Assembly: GCA_028534125.1 (NCBI GenBank) | Contig: CM052816.1 | Coordinates: 87,608,001-87,672,000 of the forward strand | DNA from: Lama glama | Taxonomy: Eukaryota | Direction of reading: 5' to 3' | Length of the DNA stretch: 64,000 nt | Shown: in pieces, positions 51,701 through 64,000 of the stretch | How positions within the stretch are numbered: the first letter of the stretch is position 1 | How the letters are laid out: every line of letters starts with the position of its first letter | Made by a program: the position numbers and the translations under genes | Notes under the pieces: generated by a model | Told to the model about the DNA's origin: nothing | The model's input: the letters and a program-made list of their open reading frames with translations, nothing else | Databases searched by the model: none

Positions 51701-54161
51701 GTAATAAACTAATATTGCTAGTAACATAGCGTCTGAATGTCATAGGTCACCATTGCCACAGTTAGCATTTGTATTTATTCATGAGGAATCTCTCTCACTT
51801 AGGACTGTCATATAAAATAAATTAGGTTCCTCATTCATCTGGAAGTTGATTGAGGATAACTAGTACGTGTCCTTTCTACACTGTTTGTCAAAGACCTGAC
51901 CATAAATTCAGGCTCCAAAATTTTAGTATTGCTCCTATTTACTTTTTACTTATCACATTCAAAGAACCAAATGTTAAACATTATATATGCAAACTTCAGA
52001 ACTTCCAAAGGGCTAACAAAAACAGATGAGTTTAAAAGTGCAATTAATACATATGACTAAGATAAAATATCATTTAATATTAACATAATAAAATATTAAT
52101 GTCTATCAACAAATCTGCTTCCCCAATTCAATTGCGCATTAAATTGCAAACACAGATAACGTTCAAACTGCTAATTGATAAAAGTAGAAACAAAACATGT
52201 TCCTTTAGGGAGTTTTCTTTTTAATGAGCTCTGTGTTACCAGAAGCATATTAGAAACATGGAACATGCAATCTCCTCTCCTCTTCCCACATCCTCCCAAG
52301 AAAAACAGCAGTTAAAAAGAATACGATCTGGTGAGAAAGAGGAGGCATAAGAAAGAAAGCTTGATTGCTTGTCCCACAAGTAACACAAAGAGCATCTGAA
52401 AAGTAGACAGCAGAACTGCACAATAAATAGTTAACCCAAACCAAGTGCTATATATTTACCTGAACCTATAATAAAACAGCGATGCTCCTTTTCATCTAGT
52501 TCATGTCTAGCTGCTGGAGATTTCATTACATTATACACCTTAGTCACACATGTAGTTATCTACAAATAATTACATTTTCTTTCCAAAACGTCAACTAAGC
52601 AGCCCTTTTTGCTACATTTTAGGATCACTGAAGGGCTTCAGTTTACTTACACTTCAGTTGACATTATTAATTAAAACCCTAAAGTACATGCTTTGTACAA
52701 AGTCTCTTTCTATCTCATGCTCCAATAAATATGACTCCATATTTCTTTCTGTGCTTTAAACCAGTTTGCATAAGGGACACCACAAAACTGCATTATTCAT
52801 ACAAGTAGTCATGCAATGCAATGTAAATTGGTTTTAATGGTCCCTCCGTAATTGTTTTTGGAGTAAAACTTAAGTCTACCTTATGTCATGGATTCTTTAA
52901 AATGGATGTCCTCATGTACAATGAATAATTATAAAGAGCAAAACATGTTTCATTGCAAAATATCATGTGTATATTTATCTGTACCTGTTCACCCATGGAA
53001 TTATAATGTCCCGATTCCTGCCTTACGGAAATGTCAAGTTTCCATTATACTAATGCAACCAGTCAGATTTATATAGATAAATACAGATAAATTTGTTATG
53101 TAATTAAGTGAAGTAAAAATAGCATCATCTCTATTCATGTTGTGTGTTTTACTTTTTGTTGAGCCCATGCTGGCTAGGAGGGTCAGGGTTTCCTTCCTCA
53201 TTCAGGAATTGCTCATATGGTTTTTCTTTAATCTTTGGACAGAACTGCATCTCAGCCCTTAAATCTCATAGCTAAAATACAGCTGAATTTCCTTTGTTTG
53301 TATCTTTTTTTCATTATAGAAGGTAAACTTTAACAAAGCAAAAGTTTTTAATATCTTAAATCAGAAAAGAAAAAAAAGTGCATGCATATTATTGTATAAG
53401 GACAAATATACTACCTTCTGTATTCCAGGCTATACTTCACAAATATTATTATATTACATTTAAGCCTCACCACAACTTAATGAACTACATAATATATTCA
53501 TTTCAAAGATAAGGAAAATGGTGTTTGAGCTACACAGAAAAATGGTAATTCTATGTAACGTTAGACATTATGCTTTAAGACACAATATCATACTGACCTC
53601 AAAGTGCACGATTACCATAGCTTGACGGAAGTAATTAAAGATGAGTATGGATGCAGAGAAGTCTCTAAGTTGGAGCTGAATGTCTGTAAGTTGAGTATGA
53701 GAGAATTCTACTTTATATCTTCATTGTTCAAACTAAAGTAGAAATTTATATCATCTATAGAGAATAAAAATGGTGATGATGAAGATACAGATACTTAAAG
53801 TAAAACACAAAAAGGTTTAATTGAGGGTTACAGCCCTTCCTTTGGACCAAGTGGGCCCCTGATCTTATCCCTATGTCTCATGGAACTCTCCTCCAATGCC
53901 TGAGACCAGCCAAGGATGACAGACAGTATGTAAGGATAGGACACACCAGATCTTGTCCCATCTCAGTTCCAGTCACCAACGTGTCTCCTTCAGATTTTTC
54001 TGCCTCCCTCTGGTGACATAGAGTAGCTGGCATGAGCAAAGCCAACTTGGAGGAATGTACTGCTGGACACTAGCACCCACGAAGGGCACCCGTGTAGGCA
54101 AGGTCCAGGCCTCATGCTAGGCAGTCCTCCAGGGTTGACTAAGCCTGTCTCCCTGTGGGCT

Positions 54162-54661
54162 NNNNNNNNNNNNNNNNNNNNNNNNNNNNNNNNNNNNNNN
54201 NNNNNNNNNNNNNNNNNNNNNNNNNNNNNNNNNNNNNNNNNNNNNNNNNNNNNNNNNNNNNNNNNNNNNNNNNNNNNNNNNNNNNNNNNNNNNNNNNNNN
54301 NNNNNNNNNNNNNNNNNNNNNNNNNNNNNNNNNNNNNNNNNNNNNNNNNNNNNNNNNNNNNNNNNNNNNNNNNNNNNNNNNNNNNNNNNNNNNNNNNNNN
54401 NNNNNNNNNNNNNNNNNNNNNNNNNNNNNNNNNNNNNNNNNNNNNNNNNNNNNNNNNNNNNNNNNNNNNNNNNNNNNNNNNNNNNNNNNNNNNNNNNNNN
54501 NNNNNNNNNNNNNNNNNNNNNNNNNNNNNNNNNNNNNNNNNNNNNNNNNNNNNNNNNNNNNNNNNNNNNNNNNNNNNNNNNNNNNNNNNNNNNNNNNNNN
54601 NNNNNNNNNNNNNNNNNNNNNNNNNNNNNNNNNNNNNNNNNNNNNNNNNNNNNNNNNNNNN
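54162..54661. other. Assembly gap (500 N)
   Basis: Run of exactly 500 N. Confidence 1.
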
Positions 54662-55535
54662 ATGACTTTCAGTACTGTATTTCAAACATCTGCTTGTGCA
54701 TCAGTTTTCTTTGATTTTGTACATTTCCTCAGGACAAAAAAATTGTATCTAATTCATTTTCCGATTTTGTATTTATTCTGTACTCAGTAGTTTGCTGAAT
54801 GAATAATAAAATAAATAGTGAAAATAAAGCATGGAGAATAAAACAAAACAAAACCAAAATAAATTAACCTGTTCTCTCTCTCTTTTTCGGCCTTTTCCTC
54901 TTTTCTTAAATCACAGCTCAAAACTAGAGGGACCCTGCTATACCTTCCAATACCATCAGTATTAATATTTTTTTTAAATAAATACTCTTTTGATGCCAAC
55001 ATAACTTACACAAATACCTATGAGCAAAACACAAGAAACATATGAACTTGAGATAAAAGTACAAATTACCAATTTAAATAAACACATTGACATTCAGAAA
55101 CTTAAGATTTTGAGAGACACAAGTAGTTAGAATATGAACTATAGATCTTTTTGTTCTTTAAAAGTAATATCAGAATGAATTTGCCCTGGATTTTTAATCT
55201 GTTATTAATGTATTGTTAGAAAAAAACAACAAAAACTAGCTTTAACAAGTTCCCTGATATGCAAGCCTTAAAATAAGTTAGGTGTCAGTAATTCAACAGG
55301 GTTCAAGCTTGTTAGTCCTGTGGCTAATTTTCCAGTGATAAAGAGGGTGAGTTCCTTTCACATATGGAGGCTCTAAATTGTTTGCTTTAACAAAGTTTTG
55401 CTGTAGTTTCCTGGTTGATAATGTTAACTTTGTTTTGGAAATAATACTTTAAATTCCCGAGGAACATAAAGATTTTCAAGTGAATTAAATGTGACTTTGT
55501 AATCAGACTGATAAATCTTAAAGTGTAGACTTTAT

Positions 55536-55848
55536 TGTTGACCTAAAACAAATAGACTGCCAGATATTTCTTCAGCAAAGTCTAGCAGAGAATTGAACTT
55601 CAGAGTGTGCAGCCATGGTGAGCCATGTGCAAGTACTTGCACAGAAAGGGAAGAAAAATGTTCTAGTAGAGAGGAAAAGGAAGTTGGTAGAGTGATAATA
55701 AACAGAGTCTATGATTTTTTTATTGGCTGGTTTCTTGCCATGAAAGAAGAGTCTTCTTTCTGCTCTGCTATTGTCACAGGGAATGAGAGCTTCCCCTCTG
55801 GTCTCCAAACTCTATTCAGTTGAGGTTGCTGTTTATTAATTTTTCACA
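55536..55848 (-). mobile_element. 3' LTR of the adjacent endogenous retrovirus
   Basis: The minus strand reads tgtgaaaaattaataaacagc...ttaggtcaaca (TG...CA, 313 bp) and begins immediately after a polypurine tract. Confidence 0.8.
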
Positions 55849-55860
55849 TTTTCCCCTTTT
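55849..55860 (-). other. Retroviral polypurine tract (PPT)
   Basis: Minus strand AAAAGGGGAAAA directly abuts the TG of the LTR. Confidence 0.8.
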
Positions 55861-56229
55861 GTCCGTGATCTTTCTCTGAAAGCATCACTGATCCAGTCAG
55901 ATTTGCTAGTTTCAGAGGCTTTTTTTTTTTTTGCAATGCCAGTTAGGACCTTTCCTGAGTATAGTGTCTCATGTCAGAGGGAAAGTGGAGATCGGAACCT
56001 GTATCAAGTAACAAAGAGGGGTAGGAAGAACTCTCAGACATTTTTTATCTAAAGTCCAGGTGTTATTATGATCATAGACGTTAGAGATCATCTTAAGTGT
56101 TATGTCATCGTCAAATGCGTGGAGATAAACTTCCTATAGGCCTGTAATTTGGTGATCTTGGGAAAACTGTCTCATTTCACATCACCTGTTTTGGTTCCAG
56201 GAGATCTTTACTTTTAGGTAACCAGATGA

Positions 56230-59200
56230 TATGCAGGGCAAGTCAGAGTTGGATGCTTTCTTTAGGTGTAATATGGAGTTTCATGGCAAAAGGTTTGTTG
56301 AGCGATACCTCGGAGGGGCCTCTCCCGTGAAGTTGAAGTGAGGTCTTCTGGAGATGCCATCTCCAATAGAGGAAATCTCAAGGTTGCAAGGTGTGATGCT
56401 TGAAGTCTTTGTCTCCTGAGAGACAAATTGTGAAAAGATTGCTCTACCAAAACATGATAATTGTTAATATAAGCAATTATGCCTTAGCAATACTGAAGTT
56501 TCTCTCTTTTAATCAGTTGTGGGTCAAGAAGCAGGAGCCAAGTTCATTGGGTATCCTTTGACTATCTCAAAGGGGGAGTTTATGAGTCCAAAAGGGGTGG
56601 ATCTGAGATTTAGAAAGACCAGTGGCAATGCTTTTGGCCAGGGGATTTGGAGGGCCTCTCCAAATTTTGTCAATTGAGTCTTGATACTGCCTTTAGTGCA
56701 TTTGACTAAATCAGAGGCCTGAAGATGGTAAGCACAGTGAAACTGTTGTAAAACCAGCCTAACAGTGCAGATTTGCCAAAGTACCCAGCCAATAAAATGA
56801 CTTCCTTGATCACTATGAAGTTCAAGAGGAGTTACCCAAGTAGGGATAATCCAGCGGACTTTAGCTACAGAAGAGCCAGTAGTCTGCCTGCAAAGAAAGG
56901 TTCTGGTCTAGTGTGAAAACATACAGACTATCACTAAAACACATTGATATCCATTATGTGGAGGGAAGTGAATGAAATCTGTTTGACAGAACTCGAATGG
57001 TCCATTAGGCAGTTTAGAATGTCCAAGAGCAGCATGAATAGGCTTCCCTGGGTTGTATTTTGTAGGAAAAGTGAGGTGGGCACCTTTTGTGGCCTTGCTA
57101 CTGTTTCCTCACCAATACTGATTCATGAAGACTATCGTTTGGTCAGTCAACCAGTGGTTTCATGCATGGATAGTGGTGAGGAATGGGAATTTTAGAGTCT
57201 CCAGTAGGAAGGTTTGTTATTTGGTCCAAACCAGAGCTTTTTCTTTTTATCAAACCAACAATTGTTGAATTTACCACCTTGTTCTTCCTTTTCTGAGGCC
57301 AATTTTTGGGCTTCTCTAGCCAGTTTTTCTAAATTATCATTTGGGGAAATATCCCTTTAAACCACGACAGACATCTGGCTGCTGTTGGCTTCTTTAAGGA
57401 AAGCATTCCTTGAGGAAATATCATCAAGGTGACTTCTCTTAGCTTCCAGAGAGCCAAGTTTAAAATGCCCAGAATCTTAGAAATAGCTGAAGTGGCAGGT
57501 CAAAGTATTACATCCAGTAGTTCCCAAATAAATGGATCATTTTTAATGTAATTTCTACTGAAAGTAAGAAAGCCCTGTTACTTCTACAAGATTCCAGAAT
57601 CATGAGCTACTCTGAAAGCATAAATACTGGCAATTTTGTACTTGGCTAAAAAGCAAGCTCACATAAGAGTGAATAATTCAGCCTGTTGGGCTGAAGTAGC
57701 CGTATGTAAAGATGCTGCCTGAACAGCATTAAAAGGAGTTGTAATAACATACCCAGCATAACATTTGCCATTGTCATCTTTTAAATAAGGACCATCAACT
57801 GAATCATGAGAGGGTAACGTCACTCAAAGGAATTTCCTGGAGATCATCATGAGGAGTCAGGAGTCAGACCATCTGTGTTGAGCACTCATTAGGGACTTGG
57901 TTGGTGATGAAGGGAGAAGAGTAGCAGGCTTAAGGTTACTACAACATGAAAGAGGCATGTGAAAAACAGTTAACAAAAAGACTTCATGGGAGGTAAGGTG
58001 GCTTCCTGGAAAATGATGAGCATACTGAGAATATAGGAGAGCTTCTACTGCATGAGGTAGAAAAATGGTTAAAGGGGATCCCACAACACTTACCAGTGAT
58101 CTTAAATGAATGGCAGTGACTGTAATGGCTTTAAGACGAGGAGGTTATCTCTTGCCACAGGGTCCAGTTACTGACTATAATACCCTATGGGTTGACGGCA
58201 GTCCCTGTGTTTTGGGATGAGTACCCCAAGGGCACTCTCTTTCTTTTCATACACAAATAGGAAAAAGGAAATCTTACCATTGGAATGTCTAAGGGCAGGT
58301 GGATTCATCAGACTCTCCTTTGAGATCTTGAAGGTTATGTTGTCTGGTTCTTTCCACAGTATTGGGTTGGGACTGTTGTTTAATAAAACACATAGAAATT
58401 TGACCATAAGAGAGAGATCTGGAATCTGGTTTCAGCAATAACCAGCTAGTCCAAGAAAATATTGCAGTTGGTGCTCGGTTTTAGGTTTGGGGAAACTCAG
58501 AATATCATGAAGTCTACCTGGATCCTGGTGTGGTCCTTGTTCTGGTATCAGATGCCCTAAATATCAAACTTGGTTTTGAGCAAGCTGCTATTTTTCCTTG
58601 GCAAACTTATGTTCCTTTAAGGTTAAAAGCTTTAGCAAAAAGTAAATGCTGTCTTCCTATGAGGAGGCTTGAGAAGGAGCACAAAGAAGCAAATGATCCA
58701 TATATTGCAATAAAGTAGAACCTCTAGGGAACTTCATATCATCCAGATCAGACTTCAGGATTTGTGAGAAATAAGAAGGCCTCTCAGAAAAACCCTGAGG
58801 CTTACTGTCCAGGTGAATTGTTTTTCTTCCCAAGTGAATGCAAAAAGCCATTGGCTAGCTGCATCAACTGAAACACTAAAGAATGTCCTGCGTAAATCAC
58901 TTTACCTCTGGTGAGAAGGAATGTTTGTAATGTGTGAGAGTTAGGAACAATAGGATGTCAAAGGTTAACAATGTTGCTCATTGCTTGAGGATCCTGGATG
59001 AACCTCCACCCTCAGCCCTTAGGTCTTCCACTGGTAAAATGGGAGTATTAAAAGGGCTAGTATAAGGAATAATAAGGCCTTGAGCCTTGTAATCTTCTAA
59101 TACGGGCTTTATGCCTTGAAGGGCTTCTTTACTTATAGAGTATCGATTAATTCCGGGAAGAGGTTTTGAGAGGTCTATCTGAATCTTGTTGGGAGGTGCA

Positions 59201-59300
59201 TTGTAAATTTTGCCGCTGTCAGGTAAAGATTTTTTCCCATAATGAAGGTGGTAGCTGATTCAATAGAGACAAATCATCAGTGTTTCCAGAATCAACTCCA
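56230..59300 (-). pseudogene. pol: Degenerate class I (gamma-like) ERV pol: RT, RNase H, integrase
   Basis: Minus-strand motifs in retroviral order: TSPFNTPILPV and GWRFIQD (about 58990-59070); QGFSERPSYFSQIL...LLQYMDHLLLC (YxDD decayed to YMDH, 58693-58704); RNase H DGPYLK...YAGY and SAQQAEL (about 57670-57800); integrase LHSDQGSHF (56794-56820) and PWPKALPLVFLNLRSTPFG; GPY-module remnant RGPSEV (about 56310). Many stops and frameshifts. Confidence 0.92.
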
Positions 59301-59400
59301 GTACCATCAGAGACAGAATATATATTAAAATATATATATATCAAAGAGTCACTTCATTCACCTGGCTGGTTACTTTAATGACTACTGCCAAATTCTAGAA

Positions 59401-59710
59401 TTATTTCCCCCTTTGGGAGAAAGAAATTCTGACATGATACTTTCTGAGAAGTCTTTGCCTAATAAATGGGTGGGCTTGAGAAACTAAAGAGAACAGGTTT
59501 GTATTTCTCAAATGGCCTAGACAAAAAGGAGTAAGTTTAGAGACAAGAACTTCTTGAGGTTCGTTGGAGAGTCCCACCATTTGAACTGTTTCAGTGCTCT
59601 GAGGCGGGGGCTGCTTCAGAGCAGCGGTGCTGAGCACCAAGAGCATGTCCCTGGGGTTCATTAGGACTGGAAAAGATTCATCCTCAATCTGGAGAAATGT
59701 TTTCTCAAGC
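59401..59710 (-). pseudogene. pro: Degenerate ERV protease
   Basis: TFLQIEDESFPVLMN...LKQPPPQSTETVQMVGLSNEPQ...PFCLG...ISFSQRG lies between the zinc knuckle and RT; the catalytic DTG is not preserved. Confidence 0.7.
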
Positions 59711-59759
59711 CAACTGAGAGGAACGATTGAAAAGACTCCCTGTAGTTCCCCGGATCCCC

Positions 59760-60015
59760 ATTACTGAGAATTGCGGGGACACCGGGAAGGCTGGTTAGAA
59801 GGCTGAAGCTGCCTAAACAGCTTACCTTTTTAACAGTCTCTTTTCCAGTGTTCAGACTCTTTGCAATAATGGCAGAAACTAGAGGGTTTGGTTTTGTTTA
59901 GGAGCTCTCATTTGTTAGAGTTGAATATTAATTCTGGAGGTCTTCCTTTGAGGTTACGCATCTAGAGACAGCTTGTCTGACAGATTAACTAAATCTGGAG
60001 TGGACATGGTTTGAA
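59760..60015 (-). pseudogene. gag: ERV gag C-terminal remnant with NC zinc knuckle
   Basis: CHYCKESEHWKRDC (59833-59874) is a perfect CX2CX4HX4C, preceded by a stop-containing TMSTPDLVNL... segment. Confidence 0.85.
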
Positions 60016-60499
60016 GTTAGGAAGCTGGTGACTGGTATCCATGCTTATCAGTCAATAGATGCTGGGAGATAACAAGGGCCTGGAGAGCGCATGTAGGGGA
60101 AAACCTCTCAGTACATTTTCTTTGCCGTATCAGTAGCCAAATATCCACACTGGGTTTTTGATTTGGTTGGGCCTTCCTACCCAGTAATGCACCCAGCTGC
60201 AAGAGGAGAGAACTTGGCTGCCTGCAGATGTTCCATTCAGTTTGGTTGTGGTTTGTTGACAGACCTCATGGTGTGGCTGCTTTTGAAAGTTCTAGAAACA
60301 AAGTCTTTAAAGGGATTCTAAGTGCTCAACAGATGCCCCTCAGATGAAAACTGATTATTGAAATTTTTATTATAATCTATACTCTGAACTTTGTCCCATG
60401 AATTGCAAATGCCTTCTCACTGTCACTCAGATACATTTTTGGGCTGTGTTTATGAAGTTTAATTTTGAATACATGATTTTAATTTTAATTCAAATGTGT

Positions 60500-60960
60500 C
60501 ATTATTTTCATTTGAATTTTTAACGTTTCATTCAAAGAAAGCTTTTTATTCATATTTCATTAAAAATAGTCTACATTTTATTTTACATGTATAAGTTTTT
60601 ATTTCTCTACATATCCAGAAATTATTTTTGTACATGGTATGATGTAAGAAATCTACTTTCACTTTGTGCATCTGCATAGCAAATTGTTCCAGCACCACTA
60701 TGTAACATTTGTCCTTTTCTCATTGATGTTGATGGCATCTCCTCTATATATCAAGTTTCCATATAGGTATGGACTTATTTCTCAGTTTTTTTCTTATACT
60801 GAATAGATCATTTGGACTCTGCGACAGTAGCAATACAATAATTTCTTCTTCTTTTATGATAATTTTTGATATCTAATAGGGAGAACTTTCTTATTTTTAT
60901 ATTCCTAACATAGTTGGTGAACCTCTTGGGTTTTGCTCTCCCAAATGATTATCAGGATTA
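60500..60960 (-). mobile_element. Old L1 ORF2 fragment
   Basis: ttatttttgtacatggtatgatgtaag...caaattgttccagcaccact...tatcaagtttccatataggtatggac. Confidence 0.7.
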
Positions 60961-62212
60961 GCTATGCATGGGAATTTGTATATATTTCTGTAGAATGTTT
61001 TTGCTTCTATTTGTTTATTATATTTTTGCCATACTCTTACATTATATTTTTCTTCTTTCCTTTAACTCTTAACTTTTAAATATATTTATGTCTCTTACAG
61101 ATTATTCTATTATTTCTAGAGCTTAAGAAATAAATGTTTCATTTAATTGCTTCTGCTGACTTCCATTCATGGTGTTCGGCTTTTCTCTCTCTCTTTTCCC
61201 CCTACTGTGAGAGTCTAGAGTCTTAAATGGTGAAAGAACCTCTTCAAGACATTTTTGCATTTGCTCAGCTGAGATTCTACTGGTTTCACCAGTGCCATAG
61301 CAATACTTTTTTTCATACTTTGGGTTGGAGTCCCTATACCATATATGTGCATGAATCTGAACCTTATACACATGAAGTTCACGCTTATGATCTGCTTTCT
61401 CAAGGATGACATCTTTTATATCTATCATCCCTAGTGAGCTTCTCAGAACTGGTGGGCAGAAGGGTTTTCAAATACTTTCTATTCCATAGATGGAGCGTCA
61501 ACTTCTACAAACCCGTCACATATAAATATCTAATGCCTAGTTCCTTTAGGTCACATACCCTGAAGTCTGGATTCTCTTAACAATGCTGGGAATTTAAACC
61601 CCACTAAACCATTCCTGCCTTTATCTGTCTCTGATAATTTCCTGAATTATCAGCCCCCTCTCTTCTTACTTTATTGCTCTAATGCTGATTTCATTGCTAG
61701 TCCCTTCCTTATTGTCAAGGTCCTTTGAAAGTTGATCAGATAGGAAAGATACATTACACCAATAATAATTTACAAACTACAAAGGTAGTATTCTTCAGAA
61801 TTCATAATGTGATTCCTTTATTTTTTTTAAAGGTTTGCTTAATGAAGATTTTTTATAAGGAATATTCAGCCATAATTCTGAAGCATCAGTTTTCTGGTTT
61901 TATTCAGCTTATCACAGCATAATTATAGGTTATCAATGGTCCTAGTCTACAAGGAAGAGGAATAATCACCTATTTATGGTACATTGTTAAGTAATATCCA
62001 TCTATCTCTCTAAGCAAGTTAAAATTATGCTTGTCCTTTATCATCTTAAATAGTATTTTAAAACACTCTTTCACTGTGTTTGATTATATTTCTAATGCGA
62101 CCAGAACAATACACATTATCTTATGTGAAACAGACTCATGAGGAAGTTGTTTTATTCTAATACATTTTTCTCTTCTACAGAAGGGGAAAGGAGGGGAATT
62201 TCTAAGATAATC

Positions 62213-62731
62213 TGTAATAGACTGAAAAATAGCCTCACAAAAGGTAGCTTATCCTAAGTCATGAAACCTGTGACTCTTACCTTATATAGCAAGAGAGGGT
62301 CTTAGCAAGTGTGATTAAATTAAAGATGTTTAAATGGGGAGTTTATCCTGGATTATCTGAGTAGGTTAAGAATATAATCATATATATATGTAATCATATA
62401 TATATATAAAAGATGTATAGGGAGATTTGAAACATACAGAGAGAAAAGCATGAGAAGGAAGTGTGAGAAATTTGAAGATGCCAGCCTTTAACACTGGAAT
62501 GATGTGGCCACAAGCAAAGCATGATGGTAGTCACTAGAAGGTTAAGATGGTCAAGGAATGTGTCTTTCCCTAGACACTGATGGGAGAAGAGCCCTGCTAA
62601 CATCTTGAGTTCAGCCCAGTCACACTGGGTTTAGACTTCTGATCTTCAGAACTCTGAAAGGGTACATTTCTATTGCTTTAATCCCCTACATTTGTGGCAA
62701 TTTCTTGCCACAGTCAAAGGAAACTGATACA
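62213..62731 (+). mobile_element. MaLR LTR (MLT1D-like)
   Basis: tgtaatagactgaaaaatagcc...gtgtgattaaattaaagat...ttatcctggattatctgagtagg...tttgtggcaattt...ggaaactgataca. Confidence 0.85.
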
Positions 62732-62869
62732 GATTGAGGTACATTTTAATCAAAATTTCTAATACTATTTAAAAGTATGTAATGTCTTAGAATTCTTTTG
62801 AATTCATTTCTTACTTTAATGGTTTTTAATCTTAAGTATTTGTTGACAGGTAAACTTATTAGTCTTTGG

Positions 62870-63230
62870 ACATCTTAATTTGCCTGCACTGATGTAACAA
62901 ATTACTAGAAACTGTGTGGCTTAAACAATAAGCATTTATTTCTTACAATCATGGAGGTCCAAGATCAAGGTGTCAGCTGATTTTGTTCATGATGATTGTC
63001 CTCTTCTTGGTTTCCAGATGGCTCTTTTTCTTGTATCCTCACAAGGCACAGAGCAGAGAGAAGCAAGCTGTCTCATGTCTCTTCTTATAAGGGCACTAAT
63101 CCCACTGGGAGGGCTCCACCCTTATAACTAAATTACTTCCCAAAGACCTCACCTCCATATACCATTACAAGAGGGTTAGTTAGAGTTTTAACATATGGAT
63201 TTGAGGGTGGGATGGGGTATAAACATACAG
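62870..63230 (-). mobile_element. MaLR LTR (MLT1A-like)
   Basis: tgtaacaaattactagaaactgtgtggcttaaacaataagcatttatt...tcttcttataagggcactaatcccac...acttcccaaagacctcacctcc. Confidence 0.85.
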
Positions 63231-64000
63231 AATAAAAATGATAGAATGAGTTAGTCATTTTACTTCCAGAAAGCAATAGGGATTCCATGTGGATTATCAG
63301 TCAAATCCATTGTTACTGATATTTTCTACTCATTTTTTTGTGATTTAAAGTGATGATAAGCACTTCTAAGCATTCTGATGGCCATTTTGTGAGAATGGCT
63401 ATATGTATATGTTCATTTTCTTTATTGCATAAATTCATTAAAAATAAAATTTCTTTAATAGGTTAACTTGATGTCTTAGACTTTTCATCCTTTAAAGAAA
63501 ATCTAATCATATAAAACATAGATAGTAATATGATGTATCAACAGAAGAAAATATATTAGTTAAAAAGTAATCTATATTTTCTCATGCTCTTTTTATTTTA
63601 TTTTTTTCAGCGTACGACACGACAAAAAACAATAAGGCAGCTGTGGTTGTGTGCACACATTAAAAGTTATTGTCCTTTTCCAAGCATGAGGAACTTTAGT
63701 AGGAATCAATGACAATAAAAGTCCATGAACTTTCTCAAAAATTCTTCAGAATCAGACACTAGACATGTATTTTCTCACTTGTGTGGGCTTCCTTTTTGAT
63801 TCACCCATGTACTACTCAAATAGGAATGTTTCAAACAGAAATGTAAGATGTATTTTTAATAATATATTCTATTAAAAGCAAGATGCTCTTAATTTGAAAT
63901 ATATTATGGGATTAAAGTTAGAGATATACCATAAAATAATGTTGAGAAACATCAGAAATAGTTATGGGTATGGATGTATACAAGTTAGTATAAATACATA

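Noticed and set aside
53810..54161. GC-richer segment before the second gap, possibly an LTR or exon
   Set aside because: It is truncated by the gap, and I could not assign a family or splice structure.
53990..54790. Long ORFs of 183-231 aa in the ORF track
   Set aside because: They are artefacts of the second 500-N gap.
58168..58718. Several 60-80 aa ORFs on both strands in the ERV region as separate genes
   Set aside because: They are fragments or antisense frames of the broken pol gene.
1..64000. CRISPR arrays, operons, tRNA/rRNA genes or prokaryotic defence systems
   Set aside because: There are no regularly spaced repeat-spacer arrays, dense ORFs or recognisable structural RNA genes; the sequence is mammalian repeat-rich non-coding DNA.

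Overview
This is AT-rich, CpG-depleted mammalian genomic DNA, not prokaryotic. It is most likely a camelid. That is an inference from the cetartiodactyl-type L1 3' tails, with no recognisable ruminant BovB/Bov-A, pig PRE or whale CHR-2 SINEs. I cannot support any intact host protein-coding gene or RNA gene, so the window reads as intergenic or deep intronic. It is dominated by fossil transposable elements: L1, L2, L3/CR1, HAL1, MIR, MaLR/ERVL/ERV1 LTRs, and hAT and Tigger MITEs. Two 500-N scaffold gaps (16671-17170 and 54162-54661) split it into three contigs. The most informative structures are: (1) a decayed, env-less, 5'-truncated class I endogenous retrovirus on the minus strand (about 55536-60310) with 3' LTR, PPT and recognisable gag-pro-pol motifs; (2) a four-layer nested transposon stack (about 43280-44980); (3) an L1 with an inverted ORF1-ORF2-junction segment (25640-26936); (4) a CR1/L3 reverse-transcriptase fossil that keeps a 91-codon open frame; (5) three short L1 tails truncated at the same G-rich site; (6) perfect microsatellite palindromes; and (7) a few candidate enhancer or exon signals in repeat-free DNA. 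I found no convincing novel multi-gene system. Repeat family names come from recalled consensus resemblance, not a database search, and most repeat boundaries are approximate.
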